Translations under genes and position numbers: made by a program
Source of the DNA: an uncultured bacterium
GTDB lineage: Bacteria; Bacteroidota; Ignavibacteria; Ignavibacteriales; Melioribacteraceae
Direction of reading: 5' to 3'
DNA: 64,000 nucleotides
Assembly: GCA_965554225.1 (NCBI GenBank)
Contig: CBEVZC010000002.1
Location: 746-64,745 of the forward strand
The notes under the pieces: generated by a model
Told to the model about the DNA's origin: nothing
Databases searched by the model: none
Seen by the model: only the letters and a program-made list of their open reading frames with translations
Shown: positions 1-9,181 of the stretch, piece after piece
How positions within the stretch are numbered: position 1 is the first letter of the stretch
Layout of the letters: every line of letters begins with the position of its first letter

Positions 1-551
1 AGGGGAAAAAATTGGTCCCTGCTAACTGCTGCTGCCAGTAGGGAGAAGAAGAAGGAGCCATAGGGTTCTGCGCACCCATAAAACTGCCCATATCGTTAGC
101 TACCCACATTTCTGTGGTTTGTCCGTCTTCAGTATATCTGTAAAGTTCACATTCATGCCCAAACAAAGTTTTTGTTTCTCCAGTCTTCCATTTTGCCGGA
201 TCGAAATCTTTTTCATTTTTGGTATCTTCATCTTTATTATCGGACTTATATTTATCTGCCATTTGTTTCATTTTATCTACCGAGAATTCCATATACATTT
301 TTTGCTGAGGGTTTACTATTGTCATTTTTTTACCTTTATAAATCATTGCTCCGCCCATTCCGCCTGGCATATCAATTCTTATTTCACCATTCTTTATATA
401 ATAGTTCATTGTCATCTCTTCGCCGTCATTTGTAACTTTGAATTTAACCTTTCCTTCAAAAGTTTTTTGAGCTTTTATCGGACTTGCCGAAAATAAAAAT
501 GTTATCATTAAAGAAAATATTAAAAATACTTTCATTGTGTTGGACTTCATT
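1..551 (-). CDS. DUF4412-like secreted protein; N-terminus is in the window and the 3' end runs off the left edge
   Basis: Absent from the ORF track because it stays open to nt 1. The reverse complement from ATG 551 (AGGAGG at 556-561) reads MKSNTMKVFLIFSLMITFLFSASPIKAQKTFEGKVKFKVTNDGEEMTMNYYIKNGEIRIDMPGG...GHECELYRYTEDGQTTEMWVANDMG with no stop. It has a signal peptide, and the body resembles the DUF4412 family. The + strand ORFs 119-496 and 172-435 are its shadows. Confidence 0.75.
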
Positions 552-636
552 GTTCCTCCTTTGTATTGAAAATAATGTTACTTAATTTACAATTAAATTT
601 TATTTTTCAAAACCAAATTTAAACATCATACTTTTT

Positions 637-1434
637 ATGGCAACTAATAATATTAAACATAGAATAAAGCAAGTAGCCTTTCCAAGGGAACATGGCTCTT
701 GGGGTTTTGTTTTGGAACCGTTAACATTAGCCTTGCTTGTTGCTTTTACAACCGATGGTTTTCTCATTGCTCTTAGTACATTTTTTATTTTTCTTGCACA
801 CCAGCCGATAAGAGTACTATTAAATAAGAAAAAGAATAATCGTTCAATAGTCAAAAAAACTGCTTTTATTGTGTTGCTCTTCTATTTAGCAATTTCATCT
901 GTTCTACTTTTATGTGTAATTTCCAAAGAAGCGTTATTCGTATTTATTCCATTTGTCATAGCAATAGTTGTGATGACAATTTATTTGGTTTTGGAATTAC
1001 TTCAATTAAATAGAAATCTTTTTACTGAATTATTTGCACCGGTTGCAATAACTTTTATAGCAGCAAGCATTGTTCTTTCAGCTGATTGGGAATTAAATAA
1101 GGTATTTGTATTTTGGTTATTACTGATAAGCCGCTCTATCCCTACAACATTTTATCTTCATGAAAAAATAAAAATGTTAAAAAAGGTTACTGTAAATAAA
1201 TTTTTAACAAATTTTTCCGGTATATTCTTTTTAGCCGCTATTAGTTTTTTTGCCGCTAAAAGACTGCTGCCTTATTTATCAATTTTAGCTGTTTTAATTT
1301 TAGTAGTTCGTGCATTTATCGGGTTGAGTCGTAACGATAAAAAAATATCCATACGTAAAATTGGGATTTTAGAATTCATTTACGGAGGAGTATTTGTAAT
1401 AATAAATGCAATAGGCTATTTTTTAAGCATATAA
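637..1434 (+). CDS. YwiC-like polytopic membrane protein
   Basis: 265 aa and almost entirely hydrophobic helices. The N-terminal PREHGSWGFVLEPL resembles the conserved QHGAW start of YwiC-like proteins. Function unknown. Confidence 0.55.
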   Translation: MATNNIKHRIKQVAFPREHGSWGFVLEPLTLALLVAFTTDGFLIALSTFFIFLAHQPIRVLLNKKKNNRSIVKKTAFIVLLFYLAISSVLLLCVISKEALFVFIPFVIAIVVMTIYLVLELLQLNRNLFTELFAPVAITFIAASIVLSADWELNKVFVFWLLLISRSIPTTFYLHEKIKMLKKVTVNKFLTNFSGIFFLAAISFFAAKRLLPYLSILAVLILVVRAFIGLSRNDKKISIRKIGILEFIYGGVFVIINAIGYFLSI

Positions 1435-1505
1435 AAGTTTTCTATTTAACAAATATTTTAATTATTATTTGCAAATTTTAGTAAAAAATAAAAAAGGGAA
1501 GGGAA

Positions 1506-2525
1506 ATGGATAAAAAAGATTATTTAAAAGATCCCGTTAAACATATTGATATTAAAAAGCATAATGTGCTTGAACTTGTTGAATCGATGAAGGATATGGC
1601 GTTTTCCGCAAGAGATTTATATAGAGCGGCAACTATTTATGATAGAATGATTAATGATAAAGACACGACAATAATTTTAACTCTTGCCGGAAGTCTTTTT
1701 AGTGCCGGACTAAAAAAAGTTGTGCATGATTTGATTTCGAACAACATGGTTGATGCTGTCGTTTCCACCGGAGCAATAATGGTTGACCAAGATTTTTTTG
1801 AAGCTCTTGGATTTAAACATTATATCGGAAGTCCGTTTGTCGATGATAATGAAATGAGGGGCTTACATATTGATAGAATTTACGATACGTTTATTGATGA
1901 AGATGAGTTGAGAATTTGTGACGATACAACAGCTGGAATTTTTGATTCGCTTGAACCACGTCCTTATTCTTCCCGTGAACTACTTTGGCAATTTGGTAAA
2001 TACCTGGACGAGCAAGGAGGTCCGAAAGTTGATGATAGCGTTATTTATGCCGCATATCAAAATAGTGTTCCTATTTTTGTACCGGCTTTCTCGGATTGCT
2101 CTGCCGGATTCGGAATAATAATGCACCAGACGAAAAACCCGTATAAACATGTTTCTTTTGATTCAGGTAAAGATTTTCTTGAACTTACAAAAGTTAAACT
2201 TAACAGCAAAGAGACGGGAATATTTATGGTTGGCGGGGGAGTACCTAAAAACTTTACGCAGGATATTGTTGTTGCTGCAGATATACTTAAAGAAGATGTC
2301 CCGATGCACAAATATGCAGTTCAAATAACCGTAGCGGACGTTAGAGACGGTGCGCTCTCAAGTTCTACCTTAAAAGAAGCCAGTTCGTGGGGTAAAGTGG
2401 AAACCAATTTTGAACAAATGGTTTATTCCGAAGCAACTATTGCATTTCCTTTAATTGCAGGTTATGCTTATCATAAAGGAAGCTGGAAAGGAAGAAAAGC
2501 AAGAGAATATCAGAAATTATTTTAA
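1506..2525 (+). CDS. deoxyhypusine synthase family protein (DHS-like, possible homospermidine-type aminobutyl transferase)
   Basis: 339 aa. LTLAGSLFSAGLKKVVHDLISNNMVDAVVSTGA, FVPAFSDCSAG and MVGGGVPKNF are typical of the deoxyhypusine synthase fold. Confidence 0.85.
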   Translation: MDKKDYLKDPVKHIDIKKHNVLELVESMKDMAFSARDLYRAATIYDRMINDKDTTIILTLAGSLFSAGLKKVVHDLISNNMVDAVVSTGAIMVDQDFFEALGFKHYIGSPFVDDNEMRGLHIDRIYDTFIDEDELRICDDTTAGIFDSLEPRPYSSRELLWQFGKYLDEQGGPKVDDSVIYAAYQNSVPIFVPAFSDCSAGFGIIMHQTKNPYKHVSFDSGKDFLELTKVKLNSKETGIFMVGGGVPKNFTQDIVVAADILKEDVPMHKYAVQITVADVRDGALSSSTLKEASSWGKVETNFEQMVYSEATIAFPLIAGYAYHKGSWKGRKAREYQKLF

Positions 2526-2587
2526 TATTTAATTATAAAAATCTATGAGTGTATGTGTTTCGGGTTGGTAAAATTATATTAAGCAAT

Positions 2588-2628
2588 TTTACAAAGCTAA
2601 ACGAAGATCACGCAAAGTTTCAAAAAGA
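2588..2628 (+). repeat. Degenerate copy of the phased CAAAG array (block 2 of the intergenic element family)
   Basis: tTACAAAGctaaACGAAGatcaCGCAAAGtttCAAAAAG. CAAAG-like cores start at 2590, 2600, 2611 and 2621. It lies about 65 nt 3' of the DHS-like stop codon, in the same orientation as the copies at 29750 and 39395. Confidence 0.45.
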
Positions 2629-2679
2629 ATATTAAAGTTAGTTTTTTATTTAGAATGTAGAATGCAGTATAAAGTAAAA

Positions 2680-2713
2680 ATGCCGCATACATTTTATATG
2701 CGGCATTCTTTTT
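2680..2713. terminator. Rho-independent terminator, probably bidirectional, between convergent genes
   Basis: Perfect 10-bp stem ATGCCGCATA (2680-2689) / TATGCGGCAT (2697-2706) with a 7-nt loop. TCTTTTT follows on the + strand, and AAAA precedes it (a T-run on the - strand). Confidence 0.7.
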
Positions 2714-2727
2714 GTAAGTATTGATAA

Positions 2728-5610
2728 TTATTTTAAGAGCATCATTTTCTTCTGCTGAGTAAAATCTTTTGCTTGTAATTTATAGATGTACAATCCGCTT
2801 GCAAGATTCGAAGCATCAAATTTAACATTATAACTACCGGCCGGTTTCGTCCCGTTAACCAGAGTAGTAACTTCATTTCCAAGAGCGTCATATATTTTTA
2901 GAGTTACACTACTTCTGTGAGAAAGTTTATAGTTAATTATTGTACTCGGATTAAAAGGATTAGGATAATTCTGACTAAGTTTAAAATCATTAATCATTAG
3001 ATTTACATCCATAACTTTTGAATAAGTTACAGAACCGTCGAAATCCATTTGTTTTAGTCTATATTGGAATTTCGTTCCACCCAAAGGTTTATCGGTAAAT
3101 GAATATTTATGGGGTGAATTACTGTTCCCGCTTCCTTTTACGAAGCCGACTTTTTCCCAATCGTCCTGACGGGGCGTAGTTAAAGACGAAGCCCGTTCTA
3201 TTTCAAAACCATAATTATTCACTTCCGTTGCCGTTTCCCAACTTAATTTTGCAACTTCGGAATTAGTAGAGGCCTCAAAGTTTACAAGTTCAACAGGAAG
3301 AGGTGAATCAGTTACAAAAACACTTCTGCCATGAGTAAATGCAAATAATTTATTTGTCCCGGTTTGTCTTACCAATTCATCAACAGGGACAAAGTCCGGC
3401 ATGCCGCTGCCTTTTTTAACCCAGTTAGTTCCATGATCATTAGTCTGATAAACACCGGTTTCGGTTCCAACATATAAAACCTGACTATTACTCGGATCAA
3501 CAATTAAACTATGTACCGGTACATCCGGTAAATTGCCGGAAATATCTGTCCAATTTGCACCTTGATCACTTGAATACCAAACATGTTTTGTCGGCGTTCC
3601 TCCGTCGTTGTTATAACCTGAATAACAAGCATAAATTTGATTCTTATTGTTTAAATCTACAGTTATTCTTCTTACCCAAGCTCCGTTATTACCTGTTGGA
3701 GTAATTTCCGTCCAAGTATCTCCGCTGCCGGTAAGGTTTGTCGATTTAAATACTTTACCATCAGTAGTTCCGGCAAAACCTAAATAGGGGGAATTGCTGT
3801 TAACAATAGTAACCGCACTCACTTTGGCTCCGGAGGAAAGTGTAGAGCTGGATGCGCTCCAATTTCCGGCAGCATCGGTCGTAACCCATGCTTTATCGGA
3901 ACCTGCAATAAGAATATCAGAGTTTTCCGGATTCATTGAAAACGGTGCAATGAATAAACAGACATTTCCATCACCGGCATCGGTTAAACCTGTAGTTGCA
4001 TCACTCCAGTTAGAGCCGCCATTCGTTGTCTTATCGATTTGTAAATAAACATATTCTTCGTAACCAATTTGAGAATTAGTTTGACTAATTGCAGCGTAAC
4101 CACCGTCTCCGCCTTGTACTTCACTCCAATTTGTACCTGAACCGTTATATTTTAAGTGACCGTTATCTTGTGTCCCGCCTTGATAATTTACGCCATTCGC
4201 TTCTGTAGCGCCACCGTAGAATTGAGTAATTTGCAATCCGTTATTTAACGGAGTCCAACTTGAGCCGCCGTCAGTCGATTTATAAATACCACCGTCATCG
4301 CCGTCATAAACAACATTGGCAGTATTCGGATCAAATACAATTGCATGGTGATCGGCATGTGCTGATGAACTTAAAACCCAATAAGTTATTTGCGACCATG
4401 TATTGCCGCCATTCGTTGATTTCATATCTTCAACTCCGCCAACATAAATATTATTGGAATTGTGGGGATCGACGGAAATAACATTGTCATACCATCCCTG
4501 CCCACCTAGATAAGAACCACTAGTAGTAGCTAGGTTGCCTGGTTTAGGCAAGACTGACCAATTAACACCACCATCGGTAGTTTTGTAAATTCCGTTCAGA
4601 CCATCATTTGTACTATTCCCTGCAAAAACTGCATAAACTGTATTTGCATTGTTCGGGTCTTGCGCCATTGCAATTCTGCCATAATCAGACGTAGGCAGAC
4701 CAGAAGTAATTTTAGTCCAATTTGTACCGCCGTCAGTAGTTCTGTAAATTCCGCCAAGGGTACTGCCGTTAGCATTTGTTGCGAATAAAATAGTAGATGA
4801 TGAAATTGGGATTGCATCCGTACCGTTAAAATAATTTGTGGCAAAATCTGTTGGACTTATATTACTCCAGCTAGTACCTCCGTCTGATGATTTATATAAA
4901 CCACCACTAGTCTGATAATTTCCTACACCACCTTTGCTGTTGTATGCAAAAGTAACTGCATAAACATTGCCCGAAGGATCAATTCTCATTTGTCTTACAT
5001 CTCTAAAATTCCAAACGTTTGAGCCGGTAGTGCTCGGCAGCAATGTCCATGTATCTCCAAAATCCGTAGATTTCCAAATACCGCCGCCGTAAACCGCATC
5101 AATATTAAACCAGCCTTCGCCGGTACCGGCATAAACAACATCACCGTTGTTTACCATACTTCCTATTGCAAGCGGGTTACCGTCATCAATTTTTGGTGTC
5201 CAAGATGCTCCGCCGTCTGTGCTTTTCCATATACCGCCGTTGACTGAACCTATTAGAATATGATCGGAATTTAAAGGGCGTACAATAATAGAACGGATTC
5301 TTCCGCCAATATTTCCAGGTCCAAGTGAAGACCAGTTTGAAATATTATCAGTTTTATTTAGAGTTTTAACAATTAAGTTTTCTTTTGTATAATTTATTGC
5401 TCTCTGTCGTGCAAGAGGATCAATAGTTTCAGCTTTACCGCGAATCATATCGTAGCGGAATCTTGATGCTCCATTTGGGTCATCTTCTCTACCGGCAGTA
5501 GGTTTTAATTCTTTATTAAGAGAAGAGTTATTTTCTACGTTAACTATGCTAAATAGTAAAATTAGAGAAAGCACGAATGTGCTCCCCAAAATTGATAGGT
5601 TTTTCTTCAT
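2728..5610 (-). CDS. Secreted BNR/Asp-box repeat protein (sortilin/VPS10- or GH74-like tandem beta-propellers) with T9SS C-terminal sorting domain
   Basis: 960 aa with a signal peptide. It has about 10 S-x-D-x-G-x-x-W motifs (WKSTDGGASW, WKSTDFGDTW, YKSSDGGTSW, YRTTDGGTNW, YKTTDGGVNW, YKSTDGGSSW, WYSSDQGANW and others). The C-terminus LSQNYPNPFNPSTIINYKL...SGLYIYKL is a T9SS type-A CTD. Confidence 0.85.
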   Translation of the reverse strand: MKKNLSILGSTFVLSLILLFSIVNVENNSSLNKELKPTAGREDDPNGASRFRYDMIRGKAETIDPLARQRAINYTKENLIVKTLNKTDNISNWSSLGPGNIGGRIRSIIVRPLNSDHILIGSVNGGIWKSTDGGASWTPKIDDGNPLAIGSMVNNGDVVYAGTGEGWFNIDAVYGGGIWKSTDFGDTWTLLPSTTGSNVWNFRDVRQMRIDPSGNVYAVTFAYNSKGGVGNYQTSGGLYKSSDGGTSWSNISPTDFATNYFNGTDAIPISSSTILFATNANGSTLGGIYRTTDGGTNWTKITSGLPTSDYGRIAMAQDPNNANTVYAVFAGNSTNDGLNGIYKTTDGGVNWSVLPKPGNLATTSGSYLGGQGWYDNVISVDPHNSNNIYVGGVEDMKSTNGGNTWSQITYWVLSSSAHADHHAIVFDPNTANVVYDGDDGGIYKSTDGGSSWTPLNNGLQITQFYGGATEANGVNYQGGTQDNGHLKYNGSGTNWSEVQGGDGGYAAISQTNSQIGYEEYVYLQIDKTTNGGSNWSDATTGLTDAGDGNVCLFIAPFSMNPENSDILIAGSDKAWVTTDAAGNWSASSSTLSSGAKVSAVTIVNSNSPYLGFAGTTDGKVFKSTNLTGSGDTWTEITPTGNNGAWVRRITVDLNNKNQIYACYSGYNNDGGTPTKHVWYSSDQGANWTDISGNLPDVPVHSLIVDPSNSQVLYVGTETGVYQTNDHGTNWVKKGSGMPDFVPVDELVRQTGTNKLFAFTHGRSVFVTDSPLPVELVNFEASTNSEVAKLSWETATEVNNYGFEIERASSLTTPRQDDWEKVGFVKGSGNSNSPHKYSFTDKPLGGTKFQYRLKQMDFDGSVTYSKVMDVNLMINDFKLSQNYPNPFNPSTIINYKLSHRSSVTLKIYDALGNEVTTLVNGTKPAGSYNVKFDASNLASGLYIYKLQAKDFTQQKKMMLLK

Positions 5611-5638
5611 ATCCCATTCCTATTTTAATGATTATAAA

Positions 5639-8464
5639 TTATTTTATAAGCAGCATCTTCCTGGATTGTTCAAAGAAAAGAGCCGCTTGGTCTTCAGTGT
5701 TTTGGGCTTGAAGCCGGTAAATATATAATCCGCTTGCAAGATTTGTACCATTAAAATTCACTTCATGATTCCCTGCGGTTTGTTGTTCATTAGCTAAAAT
5801 TTGAACTAAATTTCCAAGAATATCATAAACCGTTAGCGTTATTTTTGCAGAATTAGCTAAAGAATAATGAATTTTAGTACTCGGATTAAATGGGTTTGGA
5901 TAATTTTGAGACAATGAAAAATTTGTTGGTACATTAGTTTTATTACCTTTAGTTCCAACTACACCATTTAAATTACCCACAAAAATTCCTCTTCCATGTG
6001 TTCCAACAGCAACATAATTGTCGGAAGTTCTTGATGTCACATCCTCAACAACAGAATTTTGAATTTTATTCGTTGATTCTTGTACCCATACAGTGTTGGA
6101 GCCGTTGAGTGTTGTTGTAGAATATAATCCGGTGCTTGTACCAACCAGATAAACAATACCACCGCTAGTTGGTAAAATTGTACAAGCTCTTAAAGATGGT
6201 CCCGGCTTAATTCCGCCCCCGGTTAATTTTCCTTCAATGGAGCTATAAGATGCACCGCCGTTGGTTGAATGAAATAGGCCGTCTATGTTGTAATTAGAGA
6301 ATACAACTACAATTTCATTACCATTTTCAGGATTAACTGCAATATTGTGTACATAAGCTCCGCTGGTTGCGCCTGGAATAGAAATATCCACTGCGCCACT
6401 TGCAGTTGTATTGGCATTGTTTAATCTAAAAATTTTCGGTGTATTATTTCTGTTATATGCACCGTAATATAAAACAAATTGCGAATTTGATGTAGAGACT
6501 TCCATAGCGGTAATATTATAATCTGTAGGAACAGCTAAATCGGTTAGTTCAGACCATCCGGAGGATGTACCGTTTTGCTGGAAATTGGGAATATTACTTA
6601 ATGAAGTATTGCGCCATAATTTATTCCCGGCCGGATAATACATGATATTTTCGTCATTTGGATCAATGACAAATGGATTGATAAATAACTGGTTTGAAGC
6701 TCCGGAGGGACTTACAACCGACCAACCGATTCCTTCTGTGATAGGATTATATGGATTACCGCTCCCGTCATAAGTTAATCTCATTACACTTCCATTTGGA
6801 GTAGAAACATAAGCATGGTCATTTAATGTCCCAAGGTAAGAAAATGCACCGTCACCGGAACTAATATCCTCCGATGCAACGTCACTTCCAGCTACAAGTC
6901 TAAAATAAGGACTCCCATTATCTTGCGTACCACCGAGTAATCTGTTATCCCCGCTGTTTTTATGAATCGATACCTGATAATATTGAGTTACATTATATCC
7001 GTTATTTTTATCAATCCAGGGAAAGAAGTTTGCAAATGATGTATCCGTAATATTCGTAGTATAACTTAAACCGCCGTCATGTCCGCTCCAAATTTTATTT
7101 GGATTTGTCGGGTCAAATGCAATTACATGCTGATCCGGATGGTGGTTTGGATAGAAAAAATTTGTCGGGTGATATCCGCCGATCCAATTCTGTTTTTTAT
7201 TATTTATTGGCGAGCTTACACCATCGGTTGAACGGAATAAACTTGTTCCACCGATTAAAACAAAATTAGGATTGTCAGGTTTAACGGCAATAACCATATT
7301 ATAATTTGATTGTGTATTGAGCGTGCCGCCTGTTTCGGAAAAAGTTGGTAAGTTACTGCTTAAGTCGGATGAAGTACCGTCGTTTAAATTTATTCTGTGT
7401 AATCTTAAGTCTTCGTCTCCATTCGATTTTGTATCTCCGGTGTTTGTAAAAACGTATATAATATCCGGATTAGATTCCGAAGCAGCAAGTACACTTCTTT
7501 CATGTGTGGAGGGGAAAGAAGCCGGAGTAATATTATTCCATGTATTTCCGTCATCTGTGGATTCATAAATCCCAGGATCGTTTTGTTTTGTCGAATTAAA
7601 TCCTGACTGAGAAAGTGAGGCAATAATATTACCATTTGATAGTGCCATAACATCACTGTAATAATGATCGTTTGCATTTCCCAATACTAAAGTAAAATTA
7701 TTTCCTCCTGCTGAAGATTTAATGATACCAAAACCATTGCTGGCAAGGAATATTGAACCTGTCGTCGGTGATATTGTAATTTTTGAAACATAATCGTACA
7801 TGCTGTTCCATTTTGTAGGGTCGCTGTTTGTCCCTGTAATTAATTGCCATGAAGTTCCATTATCTGAAGATTTATAAAGACCGTTACCGCTATAAAAAGC
7901 CGTAAATCCTCTATCGGAAGCAGAAGCACCGCGCCACTCACCAGTGGAAGCATACCAAGTGTTAGTATGTCCGTTTCTCGGGTCTTGTACTAAACTGGAA
8001 ATGCTGTAGATATCGGGAGAGGAACTTTCATAATTCCACGAGCTGCCGTTATCAGTTGATTTCCAAAGACCGCCGGAAGCTGCCCCTGCAATAATAGTAT
8101 TCGAATTGCTTACGTCAACTGCCAGAGCCCGGGTTCTTCCGCCAACATCATTCGGGCCCGCTTCGTTCCATGTGAAATCTGCACCAGCTGTTTTTGCTAA
8201 TCTATTTTTTTTAGGCAGACTTTTCGCAAACTCCAATTCCTTGTATCTTATATTTGCCGGTATTCTATTTGTTGCTGGATCCCGTAGCATATTAAAAAAA
8301 TATTCGGCACGTTCTTTCTTTAATTCAAGCGGAGCTTTAGGGGAGGAGGACCTGATTCGTTTTTTTAAAAGATGAGAATTAAAAATATCTCCATGTGATA
8401 ATGCAAATAACGAAATTAAAATAGTTACAGCAAATAATAATTCATTACTTTTATACAGTTTCAT
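5639..8464 (-). CDS. Secreted BNR/Asp-box repeat protein, paralogue of the downstream gene, with T9SS C-terminal sorting domain
   Basis: 941 aa with a signal peptide. Motifs include WKSTDNGSSW, YKSSDNGTSW, YESTDDGNTW and FHSTNGGASY. The N-terminal WNEAGPNDVGGRTRALAV parallels WSSLGPGNIGGRIRSIIV of the neighbouring gene. The C-terminus is LSQNYPNPFNPSTKIHYSL...SGLYIYRL. Confidence 0.85.
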   Translation of the reverse strand: MKLYKSNELLFAVTILISLFALSHGDIFNSHLLKKRIRSSSPKAPLELKKERAEYFFNMLRDPATNRIPANIRYKELEFAKSLPKKNRLAKTAGADFTWNEAGPNDVGGRTRALAVDVSNSNTIIAGAASGGLWKSTDNGSSWNYESSSPDIYSISSLVQDPRNGHTNTWYASTGEWRGASASDRGFTAFYSGNGLYKSSDNGTSWQLITGTNSDPTKWNSMYDYVSKITISPTTGSIFLASNGFGIIKSSAGGNNFTLVLGNANDHYYSDVMALSNGNIIASLSQSGFNSTKQNDPGIYESTDDGNTWNNITPASFPSTHERSVLAASESNPDIIYVFTNTGDTKSNGDEDLRLHRINLNDGTSSDLSSNLPTFSETGGTLNTQSNYNMVIAVKPDNPNFVLIGGTSLFRSTDGVSSPINNKKQNWIGGYHPTNFFYPNHHPDQHVIAFDPTNPNKIWSGHDGGLSYTTNITDTSFANFFPWIDKNNGYNVTQYYQVSIHKNSGDNRLLGGTQDNGSPYFRLVAGSDVASEDISSGDGAFSYLGTLNDHAYVSTPNGSVMRLTYDGSGNPYNPITEGIGWSVVSPSGASNQLFINPFVIDPNDENIMYYPAGNKLWRNTSLSNIPNFQQNGTSSGWSELTDLAVPTDYNITAMEVSTSNSQFVLYYGAYNRNNTPKIFRLNNANTTASGAVDISIPGATSGAYVHNIAVNPENGNEIVVVFSNYNIDGLFHSTNGGASYSSIEGKLTGGGIKPGPSLRACTILPTSGGIVYLVGTSTGLYSTTTLNGSNTVWVQESTNKIQNSVVEDVTSRTSDNYVAVGTHGRGIFVGNLNGVVGTKGNKTNVPTNFSLSQNYPNPFNPSTKIHYSLANSAKITLTVYDILGNLVQILANEQQTAGNHEVNFNGTNLASGLYIYRLQAQNTEDQAALFFEQSRKMLLIK

Positions 8465-8475
8465 ATTGAATACCT

Positions 8476-8931
8476 TTAATTTGAAAGATCAAGATTAAAT
8501 TTAATTGCTTTCCAGATTTCTAAGGATTTATTGGAATTTACAGGTGATTTACGATTTATAATTTTTAGTTTAATTATCTTTCCGCTTTTCTGTAATTCCG
8601 GAAGTGATATTCCCAACCCATTTCTTTTTTCATTTGTTAAAGATATAAGTAAATTAGAATTAACGGCAATTGGTGAAGTAGCTGGACCGTAGCCCAATAC
8701 TTTTGTCACAAAAATTTTACATAAGGTTTCACCGTCTTTATCTTGGAAAGAAGTCAAGGTACCTTCAATTTTTGCGGTACCTGGCGCCAGAGTTTCAAAA
8801 TGTATTTTAGGAAAATGTTTGATTGTGTCTTTAGAAGGTTGTGAGGTTTTGGAGGTATTACATGAAGAACAGCTTAAAATAAAAAATGTTGAAAATGCTA
8901 AAAATAACAGGGCTGCTCTTTTTTGCTTCAT
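8476..8931 (-). CDS. Small lipoprotein of unknown function; first gene of the BNR string
   Basis: MKQKRAALLFLAFSTFFILSC has a lipobox-like ILSC. An alternative ATG lies at 8949. It sits 11 nt upstream of the next gene on the same strand. No family recognised. Confidence 0.6.
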   Translation of the reverse strand: MKQKRAALLFLAFSTFFILSCSSCNTSKTSQPSKDTIKHFPKIHFETLAPGTAKIEGTLTSFQDKDGETLCKIFVTKVLGYGPATSPIAVNSNLLISLTNEKRNGLGISLPELQKSGKIIKLKIINRKSPVNSNKSLEIWKAIKFNLDLSN

Positions 8932-9020
8932 AAAAATATTATTAAACATAGAAGGTTAACCTTTAAATTGATTATTAATAATTAATCGAAAAAAATTTTA
9001 AAAACTTTAATTTAAAATAA

Positions 9021-9048
9021 CTGAGCAAACTTTTAAATATTGCGTAAG
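9021..9048. promoter_or_regulatory. Operator-like motif CTGAGCAAAcTTTTAAAtATtGC, copy 1
   Basis: Lies in the divergent intergenic region between the lipoprotein-BNR string and pepP. A near-identical motif is at 20119-20146. It is partially palindromic (GCAA-N11-TTGC). Confidence 0.35.
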
Positions 9049-9181
9049 TTATAGGACAAAAACAGCTTATTCAAGTAAAATAAAAAAGAAGAACATTTTT
9101 AGTCGCTTTTAATACTTCAATCATTTATTTAACTTTATGTAAGTGAAGAAATTATAAAACATACAAAATAAGGGAGGACTA

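Noticed and set aside
119-496. Plus-strand ORFs 119-496 and 172-435 (Phe/Ile/Leu-rich 'membrane-like' translations)
   Set aside because: They lie entirely antisense to a well-supported minus-strand gene (1-551) that has an SD, a signal peptide and family resemblance. Their composition is typical of shadow ORFs in AT-rich DNA.
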